Positions 45,212 through 56,620 of a stretch of DNA of 64,000 nucleotides are shown here, piece by piece. The translations under genes were made by a program, and so were the position numbers. The notes beneath the pieces are model-generated. The model worked only from the letters and a program-made list of their open reading frames with translations, ran no database searches and had not been told where the DNA came from. Position 1 is the stretch's first letter. The number at the start of each line of letters is the position of its first letter. The stretch comes from Ascoidea asiatica JCM 7603 (taxonomy: Eukaryota > Fungi > Ascomycota): the NCBI GenBank assembly GCA_001600695.1, contig BCKQ01000001.1, positions 1,874,340-1,938,339 of the forward strand, read 5' to 3'.

Positions 45212-46750
45212 ATGGATTTAATCATTATTCAATCTTCATTTAAAGATGTTATTTCTGATGTTCAATCAAATATCTTAAAAAATGATAAATTTTGGATAAA
45301 TATAAGAAAATTAGATTCAGTTATTTCTCCAGTTAAAGAATATCAAATTAATGTATCAAAAGATTTAAATAATAATTTATTATTTAATTGTATTCATATT
45401 ATTAGTCAATCAATTAATAACATTAATAATAATAATAAAAAACAAGTAATTAATAATAATTCTGAAGTTATTAATGATTTTCAATTTAAAATTATTAATG
45501 ATTTTAATTATGAAATTAAAATTAATAAAAATTTATTTAAAATTCAAACTCCAAAATCTTTTAAAATTATAAATAAAAAAATTAATTTAAATACAATTGA
45601 TATTTCAAATCAATTAAATAATAATTTAAATATTTTTAAAACAAATAATTTCATCTCAATTGGTGATTCAAAAGGTAATATATATATTTTAGATTTTCCA
45701 AAATTAAAAATTTTAAAAATTTTAAATAATCAACATAATTATGATTTATTAATTTTAAAAAATTTTCCTTCAAATAAAGTTATATTATCAACTTCATTAA
45801 ATTATGAAATTAAAATAACTGATTTAATTAATTTATTAACTCCAAGAATTTTTTATCCACATAAAAAATTTATAACAAATATAAATTTAATTGGTTCAAA
45901 TGGTAGAAATTTTATCTCAACTTCTTTAGATTCAACAATTAAATTAATTGATATTGGTTCAAATTCAATTTTAAAAACTTTTAAAAGAATTATTAATCCT
46001 TCTGGAATTACTTCAAGTTTTTTATATAATGATTTAAATAAAAATTTATTATTAAATCAAAAAAATATAATTTCAAATTCAAAAATTTCAAAATTTCAAT
46101 TTGAATTAGATGGTAAATTTATCTTAATTGGTGATTTAAATGGTTATATAACTCAATTTAATTTAAAATTTGGTTTTCAAGGCTTTTCAATTAAAAATGA
46201 TGAAAATAATAATGAAGAAGAAAATATAAATCCTTCAATATCTTCTTTATTATTAACTAAAAATGAATTTGATTCTTCAAATAAAAATGATTTACAAAAT
46301 TTATATCTTATCATAGGTTTTTCAAATGGTTTATTAAAAATTTATAACTTTAATATCAATAATAATAATAATATTAATAATAATAATAGTAATAATAATA
46401 ATAATAATAGTAATAATGGTTTAGATAATCCAAATGAAATTTTTAAAATTTTCATTAATAAAAATATTCCAATAAATTTATTAAAATTTGATTCAATTAA
46501 TCAAATTTTATATATATCTTCAAATGATGATACTTTATTATCAATTAATTTTAAAAATTTAAATTTAAATGATTTAATAAATAATTCTTATATTAATAAT
46601 TTAATTAATTTTAAAAAAAATTTAAAATTTTTAACTTTTGGTTCAATTGATAATTTAAATGATGAATATAGTCAAGTTTTAGATATGACTTTAAATAATT
46701 CTGGTAATTTATTTACTGTTGGTAAATTTGGTTCAATTAGAATGTACTAA
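45212..46750 (+). CDS. RPN14: WD40 proteasome regulatory-particle assembly chaperone Rpn14/PAAF1
   Basis: FPSNKVILSTSLNYEIKI, PRIFYPHKKFITNINLIGSNGRNFISTSLDSTIKL, FELDGK. Confidence 0.82.
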   Translation: MDLIIIQSSFKDVISDVQSNILKNDKFWINIRKLDSVISPVKEYQINVSKDLNNNLLFNCIHIISQSINNINNNNKKQVINNNSEVINDFQFKIINDFNYEIKINKNLFKIQTPKSFKIINKKINLNTIDISNQLNNNLNIFKTNNFISIGDSKGNIYILDFPKLKILKILNNQHNYDLLILKNFPSNKVILSTSLNYEIKITDLINLLTPRIFYPHKKFITNINLIGSNGRNFISTSLDSTIKLIDIGSNSILKTFKRIINPSGITSSFLYNDLNKNLLLNQKNIISNSKISKFQFELDGKFILIGDLNGYITQFNLKFGFQGFSIKNDENNNEEENINPSISSLLLTKNEFDSSNKNDLQNLYLIIGFSNGLLKIYNFNINNNNNINNNNSNNNNNNSNNGLDNPNEIFKIFINKNIPINLLKFDSINQILYISSNDDTLLSINFKNLNLNDLINNSYINNLINFKKNLKFLTFGSIDNLNDEYSQVLDMTLNNSGNLFTVGKFGSIRMY

Positions 46751-46830
46751 TATTAAATTATAATTGTAAGACTATTAAATATATATATAAAAAAAAAAAA
46801 AAAAAAAAAAATCATTCATTACTTAAAATT

Positions 46831-48432
46831 TTAATTAGAAAAATGAGATTCTTCACTTTTCATTATATCTTGTTTATTATGTTCTGTAAGATAATCTGCT
46901 CTATATTTATTAAGTTCTTGAGTTTGTTCATAAGTACTTGGAATAAATTTATCTGATCTCCATGCATATTTATATTCATCATACATCACATCAATATCTT
47001 CTAAAGTCATATTTTTACTTTCATAAACCATTAAATATGCAAATAAAAAACATAATGCATTACATCCTCCCCAAATGAAATAAACTCTTGTACCTAAATT
47101 TGCATTTCCAGGTCCAGAATCAATCATATATGGTGTTGCATATGCAATACCAAAATTCCATAACCAATTTGATGCTGTTGATAATGCAACTGATTTTGCT
47201 CTTGTTCTTAATGGAAAAATTTCTCCAACTATAACCCAACAAACTGGTCCCCAAGTTGATGCAAAAAATGCTATAAAAATACATGCAAATGCAATTAAAC
47301 AATTATTTGCAGGACCTGATTCTGCAACTTCACCAACAATTGCAATTATAAAATCAGAAATGCACATACCAATTGCACCCCAAATTAATAATGGTCTTCT
47401 ACCTGCAACTTCAACTAAATAAATACCTGGTAATGTCATAACCATATTAACAACATTTGTAATAACTTGAACAGTAAATGCATTTTTTATACCTGCATTA
47501 CCAAAAAATGTTGTACCATAATAAAAAATAAAATTAATACCTGTTAATTGTTGAAACATTTGTAATCCAGTACCTGTGATAAGTCTTTTTAATTGAGAAT
47601 TTGGTTTTTTAAAACAATCTATCCAACTTGATTTACCAAATGAACATTCATAATCATAATTTGCTTTAATATCTTGATATTCTTCATCAATTTCATTATG
47701 ATCTAAAGGTAATTTTCTTAATTTTGATAATGAAATTTTTGCATTTTTTTCATTATTTTTTATAATCCAAAATCTTGGAGTATCAGGTAAAAAAATCATT
47801 CCAATACCTAAAATTAAAGACCATAAAAATTGTAAAGCAATTGGAATTCTATAAGAACTTGAATCATTTCTATTTTCAGTACCTTTTTCAACACATGAAG
47901 CTAAAAAAATTCCAATAGTTATAGCAAATTGATAACAAGAAACAATTGCACCACGAACAGATTTTGGTACAGTTTCAGATTGATATAAAGGAATAGTTGC
48001 AGAAATAAAACCTAAACCTAAACCTGCAATTGCTCTACCTGCAGCCAATAAACCAATTGAAGTTGCAGCAGTTTGTAAAATAATTCCAAGATTAAAAGTT
48101 ATAAAAGAAGATAAAAGTAATGTCCATCTACGACCTAAAGTATCAGCAATATATGGAGCTAATAAAGAACCAAAAAAAGTACCTGCAGATAATATTGAAA
48201 CAATTAATGAATGTTCAGAAGATGAAAAATCAATATTATTACTTGGAAATCTATTTTTAACATAATTCATTGCCATTATACCAGAAATTGAACCTGTATC
48301 ATAACCATATAATATACCACCAAAAGATGCAAATAAACCAACAAATATTGAAACAGATAATGAAGATTCTGTTGGTCTTTCAGGTGGTGAATAAAATTTT
48401 TTTTTTAAAGTAGAAAAATTAAATTTACTCAT
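46831..48432 (-). CDS. MFS sugar porter; Snf3/Rgt2-related high-affinity hexose transporter without sensor tail (Gxs1/Hgt12-like)
   Basis: GGILYGYDTG, DTLGRR, PLYQSE, PDTPR, QQLTGINFIFYYG, GRRPLL, WGPVCWVIVGEIFPLRTRAK, YATPYM; short C-terminus. Confidence 0.9.
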   Translation of the reverse strand: MSKFNFSTLKKKFYSPPERPTESSLSVSIFVGLFASFGGILYGYDTGSISGIMAMNYVKNRFPSNNIDFSSSEHSLIVSILSAGTFFGSLLAPYIADTLGRRWTLLLSSFITFNLGIILQTAATSIGLLAAGRAIAGLGLGFISATIPLYQSETVPKSVRGAIVSCYQFAITIGIFLASCVEKGTENRNDSSSYRIPIALQFLWSLILGIGMIFLPDTPRFWIIKNNEKNAKISLSKLRKLPLDHNEIDEEYQDIKANYDYECSFGKSSWIDCFKKPNSQLKRLITGTGLQMFQQLTGINFIFYYGTTFFGNAGIKNAFTVQVITNVVNMVMTLPGIYLVEVAGRRPLLIWGAIGMCISDFIIAIVGEVAESGPANNCLIAFACIFIAFFASTWGPVCWVIVGEIFPLRTRAKSVALSTASNWLWNFGIAYATPYMIDSGPGNANLGTRVYFIWGGCNALCFLFAYLMVYESKNMTLEDIDVMYDEYKYAWRSDKFIPSTYEQTQELNKYRADYLTEHNKQDIMKSEESHFSN

Positions 48433-49344
48433 TGTTAATTTGATTTGTTTTGCTTTGATTTTGTTTGATTTAATTTTTCTAAATGATTTTGTTTTTAATT
48501 AAGATTATTATTTCATTATTAATTAATAAAAAGATTGAAAAATTGGTAAAATTAAAAGGGAAATTAATTTTCTTTTTATAAAAAAACAAGAAGATAAAGT
48601 AAGTAAGAAAAAGTTTTTTTTGGAAATTCTTGGTAAACTCAAAAATTTTTTTGATTAAAGCCCACTTTTATTCAATAAGAAACTTTTATTGAAAGAATCT
48701 TACTTTTGAAAAGCAAGAATAAAATCATACATTCAAGGCACCAAAATTTCAATAATATGGGGAAATTTATGGGGTGCTGAAAAGTTTATAAATTTATGTA
48801 TCTAAAAAATCTTAATATTTTACTAAAAAAGATTTTAATTCAGTATATTATATATTTTACTTGAATGAATAATATTCAAGCATTTTTTAAGTCATTCACT
48901 AAAAGCAATGTTAAAAATCATTTAAATCATAAGATATTAAAAAATTAAATGGGAAAATTAATTAAAATTTGAGTAATTATAGAAATTTTAATTCAAAGGA
49001 TTAATTATGCAATAGTTAAAATAAATAAAAATTTTTGAGGGGTGTTTTAGTCTGTTAATTTTTCCTAAAATTTTCAATAAATTCAAATTCACTATAGAGG
49101 CAAGAATTATGTCATAGTAAGAGTTTAATATATATTTTTAAAGAGTATTGAAACAGTGTAGAGGAAAAATTAGTAATTAAACTAAAAAGACTCCACTAAT
49201 GTAAAATGCAATAAATTATTTCAAAAAGTTTGTTTGAATTCAAAAATAAATGATAATTATTACCCAAATAAGTTGCTGAGGGGTGTTTGCGAACTGTCGA
49301 GAATTTTAAACTTGCCCAGTTCAGCGCTTACAGGTTTCGCGGCT

Positions 49345-49472
49345 CGGACTAACTGAGTCTGTAGGACCCTGCCAGAACCCTGCGTGCCCAGTCTTTCTAG
49401 AAAAACCTTATTATCCGTCCAATTTTACGGAGAAACGGAAAAACACGGAAGTTGGTTGTTCCGCTCGGATTA
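49345..49472. promoter_or_regulatory. Cluster of Rgt1-type CGGANNA sites upstream of the sugar transporter
   Basis: CGGANNA on either strand at 49345, 49411, 49428, 49436, 49457 and 49466. Confidence 0.65.
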
Positions 49473-49796
49473 ATAAAAATTCAAATCTGTCCGTATTTTA
49501 GTGGAATCTTGTCCAGTCAATTATTTTGTCCTGGTCCTAATCCTGGTCCTAATCATCGCCAAAAAACAGTGTCCATTTATTTACTGTTGTTTGCCCCGGC
49601 AGTTAGAGCCCTGATTGAATGGTGTATAACTTTTAAGTTTTTAGCTGTCTTCAACAAAAATAAAGGAATCTTCACTCTTTTCAGAGAGTGTGTCGAATAT
49701 AATTAAAGGTAATTGAATCAATCATTTCAATTGAATTGATCAAATCAATTGAACATATTTCATCATATTTGGTTAATCAATTATAGAATCTTATAA

Positions 49797-52490
49797 ATGA
49801 TGTTTCAAAAATCAATTACAGATATATTACCAAAGGATATTTTAAAATCAACTATAGAATATTTAGATCAAAATGATTTAATAACTTTATCTTATTCAAA
49901 TAGATTTTTTTATGATTTAATAATACCAAAATTATATTCAAATATTTATATTCAAGATTTTAAATTATTAATACCAAATGATAATAATTATTTTAATGAT
50001 TTCAAGTTAAATTGGACTTATATTTCAAATAATTTTAAATTTTTATCAAATTTAAAAGGTTTAATGTATGATTGTCCAAGTTATGATGAATTATTAATGT
50101 TTATAAAGTTATTAGATATTGATATTTTAAATGAATTTGAAAATGAATATAATAACAGAGAAACTCAAAATCAAAATCAAAATCAAAATCAAAGTAGAAA
50201 TTCAAATAGATCAATAAAAAACTATACTTCAATTTTCAAAATTTATAATTTTTTAAGATTAGATAATTTTTATAAAAATTTAATTAATTTAATTTTATCA
50301 ATAGAATCAAATAAAAAATTATTGAAATTTATTAAAAAAATCTTTATAGATTTATCTTTTGATAATGAAAATTTATCAAAATATGATTTTAAAATAATTT
50401 ATTTAATTATAAATAATATTTTAAATAAAATTATAACAATAAATCCATTTTTAAAAATTGAATTTTCTGATTATTTAACACAAACTTTATTTGAAAATTT
50501 ATCAAAAGATATTAGATTTTTTTGGTTAGATATGAATTTATATGATAATTTAAGTTTAAATAAAATTCATTTTACAATAGATTTAGAATTTTTTTATAAT
50601 AAAAATTTTAGTAATTTAAATAATTATATAAATTATGAAAAAAATTATAAACAAATTAATAATTTAAATAATTTATCAAGTAAACAATTTAATTTATTAA
50701 CACTTAAAAAAATTCAAAATTTAAAATCAATGGAATTAACTTTATGGGATTCAATTTATTTAAATCAAAATATTTTAACATTTTTAAAATATCATGAATA
50801 TTTTAAAAATAATACTATTATTAATAATAATCATTATAATAATAATAATAATAATAATGTAACTTTGAAATTATTAATTGCATATGATGAAATTTATCAA
50901 TTAAATAATTTAAATTCAATAAAATGTTATATAAGTTTAATTAATTATTCATATACTAAAAAATTATTCTTAGAAATTTCTTGTCAATGTTTTGAAGATG
51001 CAAATAGTAATAGAAGAAATGATTATAATATTGGTAATAATAATGAAGAAGATGAAAATGATAATTTATATATATGTAATTGTAATTATAAATTTTATAA
51101 AAATTTAATTAATCCAATTCATTTAAATTTTTTAAATAATGGATTAAATTATAATAATTTAAAAGAAATTTATATTAATGAAATTTCATTATTTAAAACA
51201 AATGAATTAAATAAATTATTTCAATTTTTATTTATTTATTTACCAAATATAAATTTAATTAATTTAAATTTTAAAAATTCAATAAATTATATTAATAATA
51301 ATGAAATTAATAATGATTTTAATTATTTTCATAAAGAATCAGATTTAATTTATGATAATTTAAAAAATTCACAATCCTTTTTAGGTGAATTAATTAATTG
51401 TTTTTTAAATTTATTTAAAAAAAATGAAAAAAATAGAAATTTAAATATTTCAAATTTAAAATTTTTTTATTTAAATGGAAAATTTTCTCAAAATATGTTA
51501 AGTTATTTATTATTTGAATTTGTTTCAAATAAATTTTCAAAAAATTTTAATTTTAATGAAATTAATAATAATAATGATAAAAAAATTAAATTTTTAACAA
51601 AGAAAAAAATAAATTTTAATAAAATATATGAAAAAAATTCAGAAATTATAAATAATTTTAAACCATTTTTAAAAATACCTTTAAATAATCAAAATCAAGT
51701 TAATCAAAGAAATCCAATTACAGAAAATCAACATGAATCAGATTCTTATTTAGCTGATTATTTTATTGACTATTCTGTAGATATTGATGATAATGAAAAT
51801 AATGAAAATAATGAAAATAATGAAACTAATGAAAATGAAGATTATGAGAATAGTGAAGATGAAGATGAAGATGAAGATGAATATAGAGAAGAAAATGAAC
51901 ACTTCTATATGAGAAATTATGAAATTTTAAAATATTTTCAATTAGTTTTAGAAAATTTTTTAAATTATTTTAATAAGAAAAATTTTGAGAATTATTATGG
52001 AATTAATGAAATTAGTAAATTTAATAAAAATTATCCAAATTTAAATTTAAATTTAATTTTTAAAGATATTTTAAATAATATTTCAATGTTAAGTGATAAT
52101 GCAACCAATAATATTGATAATGATAATGATAATGATAATGATATTAAGAAAATAAATGAATTAGCTAAAAAATTTAATTCAAATAGTTATATAAATTTAT
52201 TAATTGATTATTTTGAAGAATTAATTGAAGTTATAATTAATAATGAAATTAAAGAATTTAAAAAACTTGAAATTTTATCAATTGGTGGATTACCATTAAT
52301 AATTAAATTAGATAAAGATAATATTGGAAAAAGAAAAGTTTCATCACAAATTATAATTGAAGAATTTGAAAAAGATTGTTATGAGAGTATAAAATCATGT
52401 TTTAAATTAAAATCTGATAAAAATATTGTTTCTGATATTCATATGGATATGGGAGAAAATTTTGAAAATGTTGAAAATTTCAAAAGATAA
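49797..52490 (+). CDS. F-box protein, lineage-specific
   Basis: N-terminal F-box pattern ITDILPKDILKSTIEYLDQNDLITLSYSNRFFYDLIIPKLYSNI; the rest is unrecognised. Confidence 0.72.
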   Translation: MMFQKSITDILPKDILKSTIEYLDQNDLITLSYSNRFFYDLIIPKLYSNIYIQDFKLLIPNDNNYFNDFKLNWTYISNNFKFLSNLKGLMYDCPSYDELLMFIKLLDIDILNEFENEYNNRETQNQNQNQNQSRNSNRSIKNYTSIFKIYNFLRLDNFYKNLINLILSIESNKKLLKFIKKIFIDLSFDNENLSKYDFKIIYLIINNILNKIITINPFLKIEFSDYLTQTLFENLSKDIRFFWLDMNLYDNLSLNKIHFTIDLEFFYNKNFSNLNNYINYEKNYKQINNLNNLSSKQFNLLTLKKIQNLKSMELTLWDSIYLNQNILTFLKYHEYFKNNTIINNNHYNNNNNNNVTLKLLIAYDEIYQLNNLNSIKCYISLINYSYTKKLFLEISCQCFEDANSNRRNDYNIGNNNEEDENDNLYICNCNYKFYKNLINPIHLNFLNNGLNYNNLKEIYINEISLFKTNELNKLFQFLFIYLPNINLINLNFKNSINYINNNEINNDFNYFHKESDLIYDNLKNSQSFLGELINCFLNLFKKNEKNRNLNISNLKFFYLNGKFSQNMLSYLLFEFVSNKFSKNFNFNEINNNNDKKIKFLTKKKINFNKIYEKNSEIINNFKPFLKIPLNNQNQVNQRNPITENQHESDSYLADYFIDYSVDIDDNENNENNENNETNENEDYENSEDEDEDEDEYREENEHFYMRNYEILKYFQLVLENFLNYFNKKNFENYYGINEISKFNKNYPNLNLNLIFKDILNNISMLSDNATNNIDNDNDNDNDIKKINELAKKFNSNSYINLLIDYFEELIEVIINNEIKEFKKLEILSIGGLPLIIKLDKDNIGKRKVSSQIIIEEFEKDCYESIKSCFKLKSDKNIVSDIHMDMGENFENVENFKR

Positions 52491-52609
52491 TTTGTTACTA
52501 GATACGTTTTGTTTACTTAAAGTTAATAAATGAATATATAAATACAACAAGAACTCTCTCCTTTTGCGGGCCCGCTATATACTGCCAGATTTGTCGTTCT
52601 GTAAAAAAA

Positions 52610-54313
52610 ATGAATGGAACAAATATATATCATAAGTCACCTGATAAAAAAACAGAAAATAGTTTATATATAGATTCTCATTTTGATGATAATAATAATA
52701 ACAAAAGGATAATGAAAAATTATGATACAATAAATGATATATACAATACAAATAATAATAATAATATACATTCAAATACAAATATAAATATATTTAACAA
52801 TGAGGTACATCTGCCTCTTTCGAAAAAAGGCTTTGGATTTATCTCAAAAAGATTGAGAATTTACAGTAAAAAAATAATCAAATTGTTAAATTAAAATTTT
52901 TTGGTTACGATGGTGGGCGGTAATGTATCAATATGTAAATTTAATAATAATATTGATAATTTTTTATTTGTGCTACAAACAATTGCTAACAATTTATTGT
53001 TAATCATTTTTTTCTTTGATTGAAATTGTGTTCGAATATTCTAGGCTATTCTTAGACCTTCTAATATTGCATAGATTGTTCTACGACTACATTCTATTGC
53101 GTTCTCAGAACTTTCGTGTGCATGTTAAATGTACTAGAACATTCTGGGTCTGCATTATTTATTCTTTCTCCGAAATTCTGTGTGCATCTCGAATGTACTG
53201 GAATCTTTGTGTTTGTTTTTAGAATAACGTGGTGTCTTCTAGAACAATACTTTATTTTATTTCTTTTCATAAATATGGGAAGTGAACGTTTACATACTAA
53301 ATTTACAAATTTATTCTTAAGATGGGTTACCCGCTCCTCTTTTCCACTAATATAAATACGGCACTTACCTCCCATATTTTTTATATAATTTTTATATATT
53401 TTATATTTTAATTAACAATTTTTTATAATTTGAATTAGATATCTTCTTAGTAATAATTAGATATTTTGTTCGAACTACAATCACAATCCAAAAAAAGTTT
53501 AAACTCAATTTTTAAGATAGCTACAACTTCATAAGTTTTGTAAATCTTCAATTATTAAAAACTATTATGGTACTTTAATGAATGGATAGCAGGTTGTAAT
53601 TTATATTACAAATAGAATATAAGGGTGCTAAATATTGAGAAGCAATTTATAAAAAGGTGAAAAGTAAACATGGTAGCATCGGTGAAAAAAGTTTAGGTAA
53701 AATTGGTGCGCGTGTTTCAAAAGGTTTGTCCTATTTACATCAGCCTACATCTAGTCATAGAGACATTAAATCTTACAAAATTCTTTCAAATGAAATTCGT
53801 TAAATAAAGGTATGTCATGTTGGTGGTTTTGGTGTCGTGGTGAATTCGTAAACGTTCTCCCTTTACTGAAACCTCTTTATTATATGTCCCCATCAAGAAT
53901 TCATAGTCATTTCTATACTGGTAGAAGTGAAGTTTGATTTCATCATTTAACTTTATGAGAAGGTGCAAAAAGTAGCTTTTTCATTTTGATAAGTCAACAA
54001 ATAATGATATGCATAATGATATTATATTAGCAATAATAATTACAACGCAGATCTTGATGAAAAGCCTTCAACACCACCAGTGGCTAAAATTGAATTATTA
54101 TGTTCACATTTAGAATTCCCACCTGAACATTAAGACAAAACCTGAAAAAGGATCATTTGGACAAAAGGTTGTGGTTGATTCGTTGAACATTGTTTAAAAA
54201 GAGATCCAACAAAAACGTGGATGCCCCGCCAAATGATTTAACATCTGTGGATGATTGGACAAATGGAAATTGAAGTAAATATGAAATAATTTGTATTTCA
54301 GTGTTGGAAATGA
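52610..54313 (+). pseudogene. MKK1: Degenerate MKK1/MKK2-type MAP kinase kinase, split by an insertion at 52994-53483
   Basis: Manual translation: NNQIVKLKFFGYDG/GGNVSICKF...LQTIANN | PKKV*TQFLR*LQLHKFCKSSIIKNYYG...EAIYKKVKSKHGSIGEKSLGKIGARVSKGLSYLH...HRDIK...YMSPSRI...IIWTKG...PRQMI*HLWMIGQMEIEVNMK*FVFQCWK*. Many stops and frameshifts; the 5' boundary is approximate. Confidence 0.88.
52994..53483. mobile_element. Solo-LTR-like insertion (about 490 bp) with CAAT/ACAAT target-site duplication
   Basis: Ends TTATTGT...ACAATCA (imperfect inverted repeat, decayed TG...CA). CAAT on both sides (52990-52993, 53484-53487). Internal TATAAATA. Removal rejoins the kinase frame. Confidence 0.7.
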
Positions 54314-54899
54314 GTGAAGATTTTTTTATCTTCAATTATATTTATTGTAATTAGAATGCAGTTAGTAAAAGATTAAATTGAATACAATATATGATTAACA
54401 TATCAGCAATTCAAGTAAAAAGCTTACTTCGTGCAAAGGCTAGCTGTTAATGCTCGGAAGCTTAGGTCTCGCTTTTTCATAGTTTCACCAACAAGGCAAT
54501 GTTCCCAGATGTAAGACATAATTGCGATTATTTCTTATTGTTGAACGACTGTTTTAGCTCTGGCGGTAACATCCGTGTTACTGCGTCAGTGACGTTACAT
54601 ACCAGGTCAATGCGATAATAAGAAAAGAATCCAATATCCAGGTGGGGAAAGACGATACTAACAAAAATGCGAAAATCTAATTTTTTGAAACTCCTCAACC
54701 TACGCCACAAAGGCTCGACTAGAAGGTTGTATTACTAGGGGTTCAAAATACTAACATATTTAATTATTGTTGTGTAATCAGCTTTCATCCAATCACTTTT
54801 CAAAAATTTTAAAGCAGTTTATATTTATTAGAACTATAAAGCCACTACCGCCACTAAAATCCTTTGATTAAATCTTGAATACTTGAATTTAACTGTTTA

Positions 54900-56620
54900 C
54901 ATTGGGCATAGTTCAAATCATTGTGCCAACTGTAAAATAATTGACGGCACTTTTCAAGTGTTTCGTTGAACTCACTAATATCTTCATTAAATACCCTGTC
55001 TTCATTATGTTCGGCAACACTGGAATCCTCGGCTCATCAAGCTGATAGGGGTTCATACCTAAATCTCTGAAAATATTTTGAGATTCAGAGAAATTCAAGA
55101 AATTATATCCTTTTAAAATATCTGAAAAAAACATATGTATGCAGGGTAGATGACAAGCCTCAAAAAAGGCGCAGTTACATTCATTAGACAATGTGGCAGG
55201 GCTAAATCTATCTTCCACTCCCCGCTGCAGGTTGGCATCAGCATCTATAACCTCCAGCCCATTCTGTTTTGCATAACAAACTGAAACCCTTGAATATCAG
55301 GCCCTTTTTGTGTTCCATAATTTACTTTGTAACTTTAGTCATGTGCAGCCTTTTTTTTTTGTCATCAATTGTCACGTGAAATGTTTTCAACTTTGTAACC
55401 AATTGTTCAATAGACTCCGTTCTGACAATACTTACAACAAAAACACTTTTGAGCTGGGAGTGCATATTTTCTGCATCTTGAGTGGAAAATGTTTGAAAAA
55501 GGTATTTACTGTATCTTCTATACGCCACAGACCAAAACAGAATAGATGTTAACTGAGTCCTAACATAATTTGCAATTCCCACTAACCCAATAGAACTTCA
55601 GTGATATCGTCCATAACAAATTCCCATGCATCTGCCCTAGTCTTTGCATACTTTGCTTTAACAAGTAGTTTAACTAAAACACATGACCTGCAACTTTGAA
55701 GGTTTTATTTCCACAATTCATGCACGTGCCAGACACAAATGTAAAGCTTACTACTAGGCCAAAACTCAACTAAGGCTTTTATTTCCGCTGAACCGGCATC
55801 CGTAATAACATAGCTCGGACCAAACATTCGACCGCTAAGTCTTTCTAATTCGGCTAATCAAGTTTTAATGTCAATAGCATTTTCACTTCTTACAATAAAA
55901 TGAGTACCTGGGGTTACAATATTACTCTTATCTTTAAAGGAAATGGTAAATAAAAGATAATTAAACCGATTTGTGCAGTGTGTGGCGTTCATTATAAGCA
56001 ACACAGCGTCAAAAAATTCAGCCAAGAATGATTTTAACAAGAAAACCATGGAAAGTCCAACACGTGACCAAACATATTTTTCCGAATTATGTAAGACACC
56101 ACCGGCTAAATCCATGTCATCAACAATCCGGGGAAGCATGGGGCTGCATAAATTTTTTTAGTAAACTTTAAAATATGGTTTCGGATGAACCATGAAGGAA
56201 CCTTGTCTGCCCCTAAAGTTAAATAGTAATTGCCTAACAAACTTGGCAAAGTTTTTTTAATTTCGAGCTGTTTATATCCTTTAGCTACCTCGTCTAATAT
56301 AATTTCTTCAACAAATTTCCAGTGCTTTTTCCTATCAGTGGCCTGAAGGTCATGATTATGAGGCAGTGTTTGAACAATCTTAACACAAGCCGCATATCAT
56401 TAATTGCGATTCTAGCAGGACATTTAACACCTAATTTGACAGAAGTATTTTTTTGGTGCTTATCGGGTGACTCAGGTAATCTAGAGCAATCATGATCATT
56501 TAACCGACAATCCAGTTTTTCTTCCGAGCTCTATCACCTCTTTCTTTTTGATACAAAATTGATAAGGCATATGCTTTTTCTTCACTGGTTTGGTTATAAA
56601 AAAGCATAAACCCTTCAAGC
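54900..56620 (-). mobile_element. Decayed Mutator-like (MULE) DNA transposase
   Basis: In order: LDCRL, TSVKLGVKCPARI...HNHDL (FAR1/WRKY-like zinc finger); LLIMNATHCTNRFNYLLF (first catalytic D changed to N); PSYVITDAGSAEIKALVEFWPSSKLYICVWHV (D plus CxxH); TQDAENMHSQLK (E); SWIM finger CNCAFFEACHLPCIH. Multiple stops and frameshifts. Confidence 0.88.

Noticed and set aside
52566-52575. GC palindrome GCGGGCCCGC at the boundary of the element-rich block
   Set aside because: Single 10-bp palindrome; similarity to GGGTCCCGCA at the window end is too short to support a terminal repeat.
54528-54710. 60-aa minus-strand ORF between the kinase fossil and the MULE
   Set aside because: No recognisable motif and flanked by stops; could be element-derived but cannot be supported.
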